Source: Piromyces finnis finn
Taxonomy: Eukaryota > Fungi > Neocallimastigomycota
Reading direction: 5' to 3'
NCBI GenBank assembly: GCA_002104945.1
Contig: MCFH01000014.1
Coordinates: forward strand, 186,001 to 250,000
DNA length: 64,000 nt
The translations under genes and the position numbers were made by a program. Positions within the stretch are counted from its first letter, which is position 1; every line of letters starts with the position of its first letter. The notes below the pieces were generated by a model that saw only the letters and a list, made by a program, of their open reading frames with translations, was not told where the DNA came from and did not search any database. Below are positions 1 through 12,500 of this stretch, in pieces.

Positions 1-261
1 CGTAAAAACAATTCCAATAAATATAAGGATAGTTTAGAAGAAGTTCCTTTAACCAACATTCATACTGAAAATATAGATGATCAAACAGATTCTGTTCTTG
101 ATATAGATCAAGAATTAGAAGGATTATCAGTACCTTCACAATATGATACTGAAATTTTGGAAGATGATGATAATATAGACATTGCTATTGATAATGCCAT
201 CACTGATCATGAAAATGATAAAAGTAATAGAGATACCGAACAATTACTTTCTTTAAATTAA
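1..261 (+). CDS. 3' end of an unidentified protein-coding gene (acidic C-terminal tail), truncated by the window edge
   Basis: Frame 1 is open from base 1 (RKNNSNKYKDSLEEVPL...DTEQLLSLN) to TAA at 259-261. The sequence is D/E-rich and less AT-rich than the flanking DNA. Confidence 0.7.
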   Translation, partial: RKNNSNKYKDSLEEVPLTNIHTENIDDQTDSVLDIDQELEGLSVPSQYDTEILEDDDNIDIAIDNAITDHENDKSNRDTEQLLSLN

Positions 262-3200
262 ATATAATACGCCTAGATGGCACAAAGTAAAGAAAAAAAA
301 TATACTCTAAAAAAAAAAAAGTATTATTAAAATAGGATATAAAAAAATAGATATAAATATTTAAACTATATATACACACATGTTAATAGATAGTTTAATG
401 ATTTTTAGTTTATTACTGTTATTATAATTAATATAATATTATGTATATAATTAAAATTATTTATAAAAATTATAATATTTTTTATTTTTACCACCTAATT
501 AAAATAATATTAATTGATAGTACTACAGTTTTTTATCCTTTCCATTCATTTTTTATTATTTCAATTTATAATAAAACTAAAAAAAAAAAAAAAAAAAAAA
601 AGATAACTCATTATGATCATCTTTATATATATACTTGAAAATTAAAAAAGAAAAAGAAAAAAGAAAAAAAATATACATTAGAATTTATAGAGTACTTTAA
701 ATTAAATAATACTATATGATAAAATAAATAAAATACTATCATAAAATTGAATTCTAATATAATCTCTTTTTTTTTTTTTTAATTGCATTTTGTTTTTTAA
801 TACACTTTAAAATATATATAATCGTGTAACCATTGATTTGAAAATTATTTTTTAAATAAAAAAAAAATAAAGTATTATTTATTCTTTTAAAACTTGAAAT
901 AGATTATTATCCAATTTATATATATATGAACTTTCTATTTTTCACTTTTGAATTATAAAAAAAATTTAAAGCTATAAAATTAAAAAGGTACAACATATAC
1001 AATATTGATGATTGAAATCAATATTGTATATGTTGTACATTTATTTCATGTGAAAGTCAAAATAAATAATTTCATATTATAAAAAAAAACACATATCATA
1101 AGAGACCTAATAACACTGAATGACACAATTTTTGATACTGATTTACATATCATTGCATACCATTACATACCAAAATATATATGTATATATATTAATCAAA
1201 AGACTTTAATAAGATACCTCTATACTAAATTATTTATTAAAAATCATATAAAACTATTTAATATAGTATAGGTGAATGAATTAAGTATACTATTTTTATA
1301 ATATATGACTGATCATAATAATACATAAATAGTTTATAAATATAATATGTTTAATAACTGATCGATCATAATACTTATAATTTTACAATAAATAGTTTAT
1401 GCAACATTTTAAAATATTAAAATGAATTTATATTAATTTTTTTATAAACAAATTAAGTTGAATGTGAATAAATATATATTATAAGCAATGTTAAATAGAG
1501 GTTTAAATCGAATTCAAATTTAAAAGGGAGTAATTATATATTTTAAATTTACATATGAAATTATGAGAAACAAATTAACTTTTACTAACTTTGTCTTTTT
1601 ATTTCATAAACATTTAAAAAAATATAATTTAATGTCATTTTACAATTTCACAAGCTTTAGATAATATATGAACGATTCTATTTAATATAATAAAAAGTTG
1701 CAATTTGAATATACTCATATATATATGAGAAATGTATTTTTATTAATAACTATTTTTATTAAATAGAATATTTATTGATATATCAACACATAAATAACGA
1801 CAACATTTAATATTTATGGAATGATATTCGAAAGTGGCATAATATTAATAATATTAACAAGTTATTAACGAGATATTAACAGCGGTATGTAATGTTAATA
1901 TTATCTATGATTAATTACTATAAATAACTGCTTAATAATTAAACTCAACACCTATAGTATATATAATATATGGAATAATTAATATAAATTATACTTTTTT
2001 TCTATTAATATCCTTCATTTTTCACAAGCTTATTTTAATGTGTGGATGAAAATGAAAATGAAAATGAAAATGAAAATCTTTTTAACCTTTTCTGTAAACC
2101 TCCTCCACCACCACAAAACAAAAAATTAAAATTTTTTTATTTAATATATTTTTGTACCACTTATTCAAAAATATTAAATTAAAAAAATATATTACAGTAT
2201 ATTACACTAAATACTAATTTACATTTATTTATATTATTTTATATATTATAATACTTATATTAAATTAACATATATAATTTCAATATTAATAATATATTAC
2301 ATTTAAATAATTTTAATATATTTGGTATTAGTTTCATATAATAATTAAATTAAAAATTAAATTAAAATAAATAAAAAAAAGAAGAAATGAAAAGATGAAA
2401 TGGAGAAAAAAATATTTTTTTTTTATATAAATACCTTTACAAATTACTCTTTGAAAAAAACAAAAAAAAAAAAGTAAAATAATAAGATACTGAAAAAAAA
2501 TATAACAAGGGATTTGTTTTGTTTTCAAAGGTTGAAAACACCAAAAAGAAAAGAAAGAAGCATTTTTTTTTTCAATTTGATATTGAAAATAAAAATGACT
2601 TTAACCTTACAAAAAGAAAAAAAGTAAATTTAGCTTTTCTTTTCTTTTGGTAAAATATTTTACTTTTCAGAAATTTATATCCTATAAAATAAAAATTATG
2701 GATTATTTCTACGGATTTTATTATTATTAGTGGTAATAATAATAATAAAATTTAAAAAGAATAAGGTAAAAAAAAAAAAAATATTAAAAAATACATTAAA
2801 AAAGAAAATGATTTAATACTAATATTAACATGATATATATATATGATACATAATATATATAAATAGAAAGAAAAAAAGCATTAATTCCCAAAAATATTCA
2901 ACATTTCAAAAGTTGATCTTTTGATATCAAGTAATTTTACAATTCTACTCCAAAAAAAAAAAAGAATAATTAAACTGGTTTTAAGGATTCTTTTTCATTT
3001 TCATTATTTAAAAAAAAAAAAAAATACAAAAGTTGACCTTTTGTAGGCTTATTTAAAATATCTTTTTAAATCAATAAAGCATCTTTGAATTTTATTAAAA
3101 TAGGAAATTCACGGAACTTTACGTAATAAAAAAGTAAACTCAAAAGTGATCCCTCTATTTTTAATTCAAAAACAAAGAAAGAATAAATAATAAGGGGAAA

Positions 3201-4185
3201 AAAAAATACTAATTTTTAATGAAAACTATAAATCAAAAAACTATCAAAATTTTTATTCCTATTATAATAGTATTCGAAGATTGTTTTATTAATAATTTAT
3301 TATAACAAATTAAAAAACATACCATTTACTACAATTATCTTAAATTGATGAAATTCGCATCGACATGAAAACTCTTATTTATAGTTTATAATTGCTTAGA
3401 AAAGAATAGATTTTCAACTATTTTCAGTACATTATACATTTAATGTATATAATACCAATAATGTATATTAACATCAATATTTCATTCATAACATCAAACT
3501 TAAATGAATATTGTAAATAATTTATAATATACTTTATATATACTTTTACAAAATGTATCATCATTTATTAGTTATTCTGAATTCTTTATTATTTTCCAAA
3601 GTATTTGAGGATCATTAAATGGAAGAAAATATTAATTCTTTTCAAATTATAAAATATAAATTAACGATTACACATAAAACTTAGGGCGAGTAGATGATCG
3701 ACGCTTGAGGAAACTGGTTATAGAAATTCTTTACACCAAACTTTTTTTAACTGGCTTAAAAATCAAGGAAGAATTTCTTTTTTTTCCTTCGCGCAGAATT
3801 TCACGTTTATTATAAAAGTAGAATTATCAATATAATTTCATTAACTCTTTTGTAATTAAAATAATATATATTTATTAATGTTTTTTCCTTTTTTTATTTT
3901 TTTTTTAATTAAACTGGTTTTTAATTAAAAAAAAAAAAGAAAAAAAGAAAATTGATGTTCTATTCATTTTATATGTATATATATGTATATGTATATTAAA
4001 ATGTTTATTATTAAATAAATATGAAATAATATTAAATGAATATATTATTATATGAATAATCATCCATTTCAGAAATATGTTGTTGATTATTTATTATAAT
4101 AAACATGTTAAATAAATAAGGAAGAATATATATATGGCATTTAAAATAAAACATTAAAAAAAAATTTTTTTTTAATTATATATAA

Positions 4186-4893
4186 TTATATATCCAAAAT
4201 TTTTATTTTTTTTAAAAATTTTGGACGTGTAATAATAACTATTCTACTTCTTACGTCACCAAGTTTTGGGATAGTTGTACCAGTATAGAAATATCTACTA
4301 GGAAATTTTTTAATATGATCATATATAATGTCACTAATATCCATTTCTACTTCATTGACTTTTGGAATATCTTCATTATTTAAATGCATAATAATTGTTT
4401 CATTACAATGATGTTGTAAAAATTTGACACTCTCTTCTAATACATCTGAAAAATAAAGATAAGGAAGTTCTTTCTTCGCTATGTTTACCAAAGAAAACCC
4501 ATTTAGATTTACGCAAGGAATCATTGCATGAGATAAGTATAATTTAGTATCTTTTTCATTTTTTAAAGCAAGTCTGATATCGAAATATCTAATTCCATGT
4601 TCTAATTGTTCTGTAATATCTAAACTTTGTGTTTGTAATAATCCTCCTAATATACCTGAATATGGTATAAAAGTTTCAGCTAACATTTCTTTAACTGCAT
4701 CATTTGATAATTGACCGATATCATAAGTTCCAGTATCATGAGTACCAAGAATATTAATTTTATTAATAGGTATATTATCATTAATATAAGTCATCCAATT
4801 AGCATCTACATCATTAACATATCTAGCTGCTTTAACATTATTTAATATTGTTATAAAACAGTAAATAAAAACCCGATAAATCATATTTTTCAT
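4186..4893 (-). CDS. Secreted PI-PLC X-domain (bacterial-type phosphatidylinositol phospholipase C-like) protein, intronless, apparently C-terminally truncated
   Basis: N-terminal hydrophobic signal peptide, followed by the motifs WMTYINDNIPINKINILGTHDTG, TQSLDITEQLEHGIRYFDIR, LYLSH and LGDVRSRIVIITR typical of PI-PLC-X TIM barrels. The ORF stops right after the last motif. Confidence 0.85.
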   Translation of the reverse strand: MKNMIYRVFIYCFITILNNVKAARYVNDVDANWMTYINDNIPINKINILGTHDTGTYDIGQLSNDAVKEMLAETFIPYSGILGGLLQTQSLDITEQLEHGIRYFDIRLALKNEKDTKLYLSHAMIPCVNLNGFSLVNIAKKELPYLYFSDVLEESVKFLQHHCNETIIMHLNNEDIPKVNEVEMDISDIIYDHIKKFPSRYFYTGTTIPKLGDVRSRIVIITRPKFLKKIKILDI

Positions 4894-5161
4894 AATGAAT
4901 AATATTTTAATTAAAATAAATATTATTTTTTTTTTTCTTAAATATTCTATTAAAAATCATTTTAAAAATAATAAATATTTATTAAAACTACACGGATAAT
5001 TATATTTATTTTTAAAAAGTTTTTTTTTTGATATATTTTTGTTTTTATTTTAATCTTTTTTATAATCTAAAAAAAATTCTTTTAATTATTTACACATATT
5101 TTAAATATATCAATAATAAAATTGTAATTTCTAGTCTAATAAAAATATTTGTTAATGCTGG

Positions 5162-5192
<31 letters not shown>

Positions 5193-5303
5193 TTATTTAT
5201 TTATTTATTTATAAAAGTATATCAAGTTACATTAAAAAAAATCATACAATAGTTATTTTTAAAAAAAAAATAAAATATTTGTATATTTAAATATATGAAT
5301 TAA

Positions 5304-5966
5304 TTATTTAATATGATTATACTTATGAGATATAAATTTTTTATAACAATAACATAAACTAATAACAATTACAACTAATACCACAAACACAACAATAAAA
5401 AATATAGAAAGGTATACCAAAACATATCCAAATCCTTCATCTTCACTTGGACCACTATATTGAAAATTACATTCTTTAACATTCATACAATTTTTGGAAG
5501 AACATTCATCACCTGAAGTACATTTATCACCAGCTGCTTTGCCACAATACATATAAGAACCTCTTGATTTAAATAATTTAGGAGAAATATAAACACTGTC
5601 ACAATGTGTTACAGATGTATTATTAGTAAATACGCAATAATTATCAACACATTTGTTATAAAAACATTCAGAATCGTTGTTACATTTTACTTCATTATCA
5701 CATTTATCCTTTTTAACGGCATCATATGTACATGTATCTACAATATATTGTATCAATGTTCCATTTTTATTAGGTATTTCAATAATATGTTCATCGTAAT
5801 CAAAACTATGTTCGACACATATATCCTCTTTACAATAATAACTAATATAATATTCATCTTTAATTTTTAATACTTCATCTTTACTTAATACTTCTCCTTC
5901 ATAAGCATTACCAAATTGAATATAAAAAATAATATATAAATATAATATTATATTATTAATAAACAT
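5304..5966 (-). CDS. Secreted/type-I membrane cysteine-rich protein (family I recall as expanded in gut fungi)
   Basis: 220-aa intronless ORF: signal peptide, Cys-rich core (KCNNDSECFYNKCVDNYC, YMYCGKAAGDKCTSGDECSSKNC), C-terminal hydrophobic helix (YVLVYLSIFFIVVFVVLVVIVISL) and a short basic tail. Confidence 0.8.
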   Translation of the reverse strand: MFINNIILYLYIIFYIQFGNAYEGEVLSKDEVLKIKDEYYISYYCKEDICVEHSFDYDEHIIEIPNKNGTLIQYIVDTCTYDAVKKDKCDNEVKCNNDSECFYNKCVDNYCVFTNNTSVTHCDSVYISPKLFKSRGSYMYCGKAAGDKCTSGDECSSKNCMNVKECNFQYSGPSEDEGFGYVLVYLSIFFIVVFVVLVVIVISLCYCYKKFISHKYNHIK

Positions 5967-7608
5967 TTTTAGAAATTATATATATATTTAATTATAATAT
6001 ATTTATTATTTTAAGTTTTTTATTTTTTGTTGCTTTGTTTTAATTTAAAATAAATAGTTTTGAATTTTATTATTTATTACAAATATTATTTTTATTTTTT
6101 GAAAAATCATTTTAATAGTATGAAAATTATTTTGAAGTGTTTAATTTATTTTTTAATTTTAAATTTTATAGAGAATAAATGGTTCATTTCTAATATTTTA
6201 AACGATAATTCGTTGTTTTTTTTTAAAAAATAAAAATGATTTGTTCGAACCTAAATTATCTTAAATCCGTTTTACATCATTAATATCCACGAACCAATGA
6301 TTATTCACAGAAACTAAATTAAAATACATTACATTATTATGTATTATAAATAGAGAATATATCTTATTAATATTTTAAAACAAAATTTATTTAATTTCAA
6401 AAAAAAAAAAATAAAAAAAAAAACGTTATAATAAAAGATAGTTGAATAAAAATAAGACCCGTTATTTAAATAATTATATTTATATATGTTCTATTATATA
6501 TTTTATGATTTATTCTATTAGAATATTCTTTATCTTCAAAATTTTGAAAATTAAAAATATTTAAAAATTTTAATAGTAATAAAATTTGGTTAAATTAATT
6601 AATCCAAAATTTTTATGGTACATTTAAAAATCATTATTTAAAAAAATATACTTACATATGTTGTATATTAAATATTTTCATGTTGATTGTTATGTTTTAT
6701 TATCTTTATATCTTTATTTTCTTTTATATATTTTTTTTACTCAATGAGTAACTTTTTTTTTTATATTCTTTTATAAAAATTAATTTAAATATATAGTATA
6801 TATGAATTTTAGATTATAACAAAATAATAAAGAGGAAAAAGAGTCAATAGGATTAGTTATATTATATTATGAAACGATTGTTATATATATTTTTATTTAC
6901 TTTTGTTTTTAAAAAAGAAAAACAACATGAGTTATATTTATTATCTTATATATATATTTTATAATATATAAATATATAAAAGTATAGATTTATAATCTTA
7001 CATGTATTTAATAATATTATTATAATGTTATGAGTTGAATATGATATTAAACACCATTTGATATTACTATTTTAATATAAATTGGAAGTATTGCTTGACT
7101 ATAAATATATAAATTAATTATTATATATTATATATTACATTTTTAAAAAACCGTTAATTATATATTGTAACATAACTCTATTATACATATTATAACTTTA
7201 TTATACATCGATTTTTATTTGCATCCTAATAATATAAAAGATTCTTGATAGTGTAATATTGCTTTTTTTTTTTTTTTAACAAATAAGTAGTACAAATGAA
7301 ATGAAGAACATATGTTCAAATGAATGCAATGCAGTACGCTCACTTATTTGTTACAACAGTATACTATATATAATCATATAACGTAAATTACGAAATGGAG
7401 AAGAGAAGTGAGCTTGTCTTCACGGAACATTCGACTAAGTAATTATCAAGAATCTTTTTATTAGGATGCAAATAAAAATCGATGTATAATAGAGTTACAT
7501 TCCAATATATAATTAATGATTAATGTTTTTAAAAAATGTAATATAGATAAACAAATCAAATCATGATAATAATAATGATGATGATGAATAATCAATAATT
7601 TTACATAA

Positions 7609-7634
7609 TTTATTTATTTTATTTATTTATCTAT

Positions 7635-7669
<35 letters not shown>

Positions 7670-7670
7670 C

Positions 7671-7732
<62 letters not shown>
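7609..7732. repeat. (TTTA)n tetranucleotide microsatellite
   Basis: Direct reading, with a few interruptions. Confidence 0.9.
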
Positions 7733-7733
<1 letters not shown>

Positions 7734-8475
7734 TAATTTATAATTTATAAATAAGTTATAAAAAAATATTTTATATTTTTAAACTGATTTAGTTTATTTT
7801 TAATCATAATAAATAAAATAATAATAATAATAATAAATAAATTCGAAATTATTTCATATAGACTATTTAATAGAATTAATAAAAACATAAAATATAAATG
7901 CTATTTTCCAATTGATATAAAGTTGTGCTGATTTTAAATATGCAAATCGCTGTAAAACATATTATATATATTTTAAATGAATAAATGATAATATATGTTG
8001 TATATACATTTATATATGTAAATCACAATATAATATATTTTATTATCATGTAAAAGTCATGTTTTAAAAAACTCTTAACCCTAAATTAATAATTGAATAT
8101 TAAAATTTTCTATTATTTGTATTACAAAATATATCATATCATACTATAAGTAAAAAGTTGTGTATAATGTATAATAATTAAATAAAAGTAATAAAATATA
8201 TATAAATATATATTGGAATATAATGTATAATAAACATAATAAACAGTCTTTTAAAAAAAGAATGTATTTAGCAACAAAATTATCTCAAATTGGAGATCAA
8301 TATTTTATAATAACATACTTTTAGATAATAAAAACATAGTAAAAATTCAAGTCCAGTTAAATTACCATATTATATATTTCTCTTTTTCTTTTTTTTTTTT
8401 CTTTTTTTGAAAAGAAAAAGTATTAACATAACAATTAAGCTTTATTAAATAATAATAATAATAATAATAATAATA

Positions 8476-8508
<33 letters not shown>

Positions 8509-8781
8509 TTAGTAGTATAAGAATTTTTGTTAAGTAAAATAAAAAAATATATTTTTTTTTTTTAATTATAATCAACTATATTTTACATTTTTTTTTTTTT
8601 TTAATTTTAAATGAAAAGTAATTTTAGACAGTAACTGTTGATTAAATAGATAAATTAGTAGAGAATAACAATATATTGATTTTCACATTTATATATACAT
8701 ATTTACTTTGTTTTCTTTTCTTTTTTGTAATTATTTCTTAGTCTTTACTTTTTTATGTTAAAAATCTTTTTTAAACTTTTT

Positions 8782-8790
8782 AACCAATCA
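8782..8790 (+). promoter_or_regulatory. Possible CCAAT box upstream of NAF1
   Basis: AACCAATCA matches the NF-Y/Hap consensus RRCCAATCA about 295 bp upstream of the ATG. Motif match only. Confidence 0.25.
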
Positions 8791-9082
8791 TCATTCTATT
8801 TTTAATATTTTTTATTTTTTTTTAAAAAAAAATTAAATTTAAACAAATTTACATTTTTAATTTAATTATCAATAATAATTAAAACCTATTTGATTTTTTT
8901 TTTTTAATGTATTAAAATCTATCTTTTACTAGATTTTATTTTCTTATTATATAGTTTAAACACCAAAACAAAAAAGTACTACGTAATTAGGACATTAAAA
9001 TAGAAACTATATATATATTTAAAAATTTTTTCCAAAAAAAAAAGTAAAAAGTTATTTAAATATTCAATAAATTTTATTCATA

Positions 9083-11990
9083 ATGGAAAACGATAATTCC
9101 ATTCCAGCTTTAGATAATAATAATAAAACTGAAGAAAATAGCAACTCAGAAATAAATTCAGAAAATATAGTAGATGAAAATGTACTTGAAACTCAAGGTG
9201 TTGAAATAGAGGAAAATATTGAAGTTAATAATATAAAAGAAAATTTGAAAGAGATTGCTAATAATATAAAAGAAATGCAAAATGAAATGCAAATTGAAGG
9301 TAGTACTATGGATATTGAATCTATAACTGAATCTATTGAAAATTCGGAATCAATTTCAAAGGAGACTATTGAAAACTCAGAATTAATTTCAAAGGAAACC
9401 ATTGAAAATTCCGAATCAATTTCAAAGGAAACCATTGAAAATTCCGAATCATTATCAAAAGAATCTATTGAAAATTCCGAATCAATATCAAAAGAAACCA
9501 TTGAAAATTCCGAATCAATTTCAAAGGAAACCATTGAAAATTCCGAATCATTATCAAAAGAATCTATTGAAAATTCAGAATCAATATCAAAAGAAACCAT
9601 TGAAAATTCCGAATCAATTTCAAAGGAAACCATTGAAAATTCCGAATCATTATCAAAAGAATCTATTGAAAACTCAGAATTAATTTCAAAGGAAACCATT
9701 GAAAATTCAGAATCAATTTCAAAGGAAACCATTGAAAATTCCGAATCATTATCAAAAGAATCTATTGAAAATTCAGAATCAATATCAAAAGAAACCATTG
9801 AAAATTCAGAATCAATTTCAAAGGAAACCATTGAAAATTCCGAATCATTATCAAAAGAATCTATTGAAAATTCAGAATCAATATCAAAAGAAACCATTGA
9901 AAATTCAGAATCAATTTCAAAGGAAACAATTGAAAATGACAATAGTACTTTAGAAAGTAATGCAGATAATGATAAAATCGATTCTGTAGCTGAATCTGGT
10001 ATCAATGAAAATGAAAATAAAGAAAAAGATGATGCTAAAAATAATAGTGAAAGTAGTAGTGATGATGATTCTGATAGCTCAAGTGATAGTGATAGCGATA
10101 GTGATAGTAGTAGTGACTTTGATACTGGTAGTTCAGACGATAGGTAAATAATCAACTATAATTTTGTTCTTTTTATATAATTAAAATCACATAAAATTGT
10201 TTTAAGAAAAAATTCATAAAAACTAATAATCCATGAATTAATATTATTTAAAAAATTTTTTTTTTTTACATTGTTAATACCTTAACTATACACCATAATT
10301 AAGTGATTCTTCCAGTGATGATGATGGCATTTTAACAAAGGATAAAGTAGAAAAACATAAAAAAAAGCTTGAAAAGTATAATGAAGACGTTGATGATGAT
10401 AATGATGATAATACCATAAATTTAATTCATTCAACACACGAAATTATTGTAAGTAGTAATGACATTTTACCAATAAAACAATTGAAAAATAAAAAAAAAA
10501 TTTAAACAGAAAAAAAAATATTTAAACATTTATTTTTTTTTAATGTAATATATATATATAGTCATTACCAAAAGTCCAACCAATTAATATTGAAATTCCA
10601 AAAGATCTTCCAATTACAAAAATTGGTATTATTCAAAATATTGTTGATGAATATGTATTAGTTCAAGCAACTATATCAGGAAATTATCAAGTATTAGATG
10701 AAGATAGTATTTTATTATTTTCTGATAGAACTCCAGTAGGAAGAGTATGTATAGGCGTAGAAAGAAAGATATAATTTATTTATTTTCTATTCTTAATATC
10801 AACACATTTCTTTTACATTTTTGAAAAAAAAAAAAAAAAAAAAAAAAAAAATTAAATATAGATTTTTGAAACCCTTGGACCAGTATCTCTACCCATTTAT
10901 TCTATTCGATTTAATAATGCCAGTGAAATTGATCAAGAAAAATATAAAATTGGAAAAGATGTCTTCTTTAATCCAGATCTTGCAAAATTATCATATACCC
11001 AACAAATTAAATTAATTAAAGGATCTGATGCATCAAATCAATATGATGAAGAACCAGGAGAAGATGTAAGAATTAAAAAAAATTTTTTTTTAACTTGAAA
11101 TATAATAATTAAACTATGAATAATAATTTATGAATTTAATATAAATATTTATATTTTTTATTTGTATCATTTATAGGAACTTGAATTTTCAGATGATGAA
11201 AAAGAAATTGAATATAAAAAGAATTTAAAGAATAAAAAGAAAGAAAAAGGAAATGAAAGGTAATTATTAATTATTTCAAAAAATAGATTTATAATCAATT
11301 TATTTATTTATTATTCAATATATATATATATATATATACTGTTTATATTAACTTTTTTTTTTTTTTCCCAAATTATGAATATAATCATTTAAAAAAAAAA
11401 AAAAAAAATTATAATTAAAAACATTGTTTTCTTTTTTTTCAAGAAAACGTCAAAAATTAAATAATGAAAATGGTCGTATGCCACCACCATCTCATCCAAT
11501 AGATTTCAATAATAATGGTATGGAATATGAACCTTTACAACGTGGTGTCCCAAATAATAGCTATCATAATGGACCTCAAGGATACAATAATAAGAATTAT
11601 ACTGTAAGAAGACCAATGCCTTACAAACCATACTCTGGAAAAGACGGTCACGGAGGCCGTGGTCGTGGTGGTAGAAGACACTATGGTAAATATCATAATA
11701 ATAACCCTAATATGTATGGACCTCCACCATCCATGGATGCTCATATGAATGGAATGGCTCCAGAAATGACCTATCATGATAATCCAATGCTTCCACCAAC
11801 AGCATATGATTTTTATGGTAATCCAATAGGGATAAATTCACAAATATTACCTAACCCAGTAATGAGACCTCCACCCATGAATCCAATGACCATTGACTAT
11901 GGTTCATCAGAAAATGATCATGGTTCCAATAGCAATTCTATGCCTACAGATACGACTAATCCTACAAATAATCATGCCAATCAATCATAA
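9083..11990 (+). CDS. NAF1: H/ACA snoRNP assembly factor NAF1 (6 exons: 9083-10143, 10304-10448, 10562-10744, 10862-11065, 11177-11259, 11444-11990)
   Basis: GT-AG introns read in consistent phase give LPKVQPINIEIP..VLDEDSILLFSDRTPVGRIFETLGPVSLPIYSIRFN..KGSDASNQYDEEP..ELEFSDDEKEIEYK, the hallmark Gar1/Naf1 motifs. Acidic N-terminus; RGG and Pro-rich C-terminus. Confidence 0.92.
9347..9940 (+). repeat. Coding tandem repeat of 18 x 33 bp (ESISKETIENS) with a 99-bp higher-order unit inside NAF1 exon 1
   Basis: Units counted from the translation. The variant ESLSKESIENS recurs at units 4, 7, 10, 13 and 16. Confidence 0.95.
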
Positions 11991-12466
11991 TTTTTTTATA
12001 ACCTTTTAGCCCACCTTTATAAAATTTATTTTTATTAGTTAAAATAATAAGCCAATATATATTTTAATGTAAAACATGAAACTATTATAAATAAATGTTT
12101 TATACGTTTAAAGAAAAAAAAAAAGAATTGTTATTATAATGAATAAAAGGATATAAATCTTTTTTATTAAAATATATCTGTAAAAGTATTGATACTAAAA
12201 TATTATACATCTATCCATCAATAAATTATACTATTTTATTTTTGATATTTCTCCTTTTATTAATTTGTTTTTTTTAATTCTTTTAAACTTTTATAAACTA
12301 ATGAAATCATCATACAATATTATTATTATTCATTAAGTTATACTTTACCTTTTTTTTTTTTTAACTAAATATTAGATAAAGAGATAATATCTTAATTGAC
12401 ACTTTGTATTATTGTTGTAAATATCTATTTCAATATTAATGTATCTATTTATTATTATTATTATTA

Positions 12467-12500
<34 letters not shown>

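Noticed and set aside
441-2528. Short I/F/Y/K-rich ORFs here and at 5028, 26830, 26976, 30896, 39206, 40807, 55067 and 62717-63022
   Set aside because: Composition is that of random AT-rich intergenic DNA, mostly with non-ATG starts and no splice-consistent context.
9347-9940. 33-bp regularly spaced repeats resembling a CRISPR array
   Set aside because: Units are head-to-tail with no unique spacers, are in frame within NAF1, and the context is eukaryotic with no cas genes.
9193-10155. 320-aa antisense ORF and the shifted-frame ORFs at 9402-9683 and 9699-9953
   Set aside because: Shadows of the stop-free tandem repeat in NAF1.
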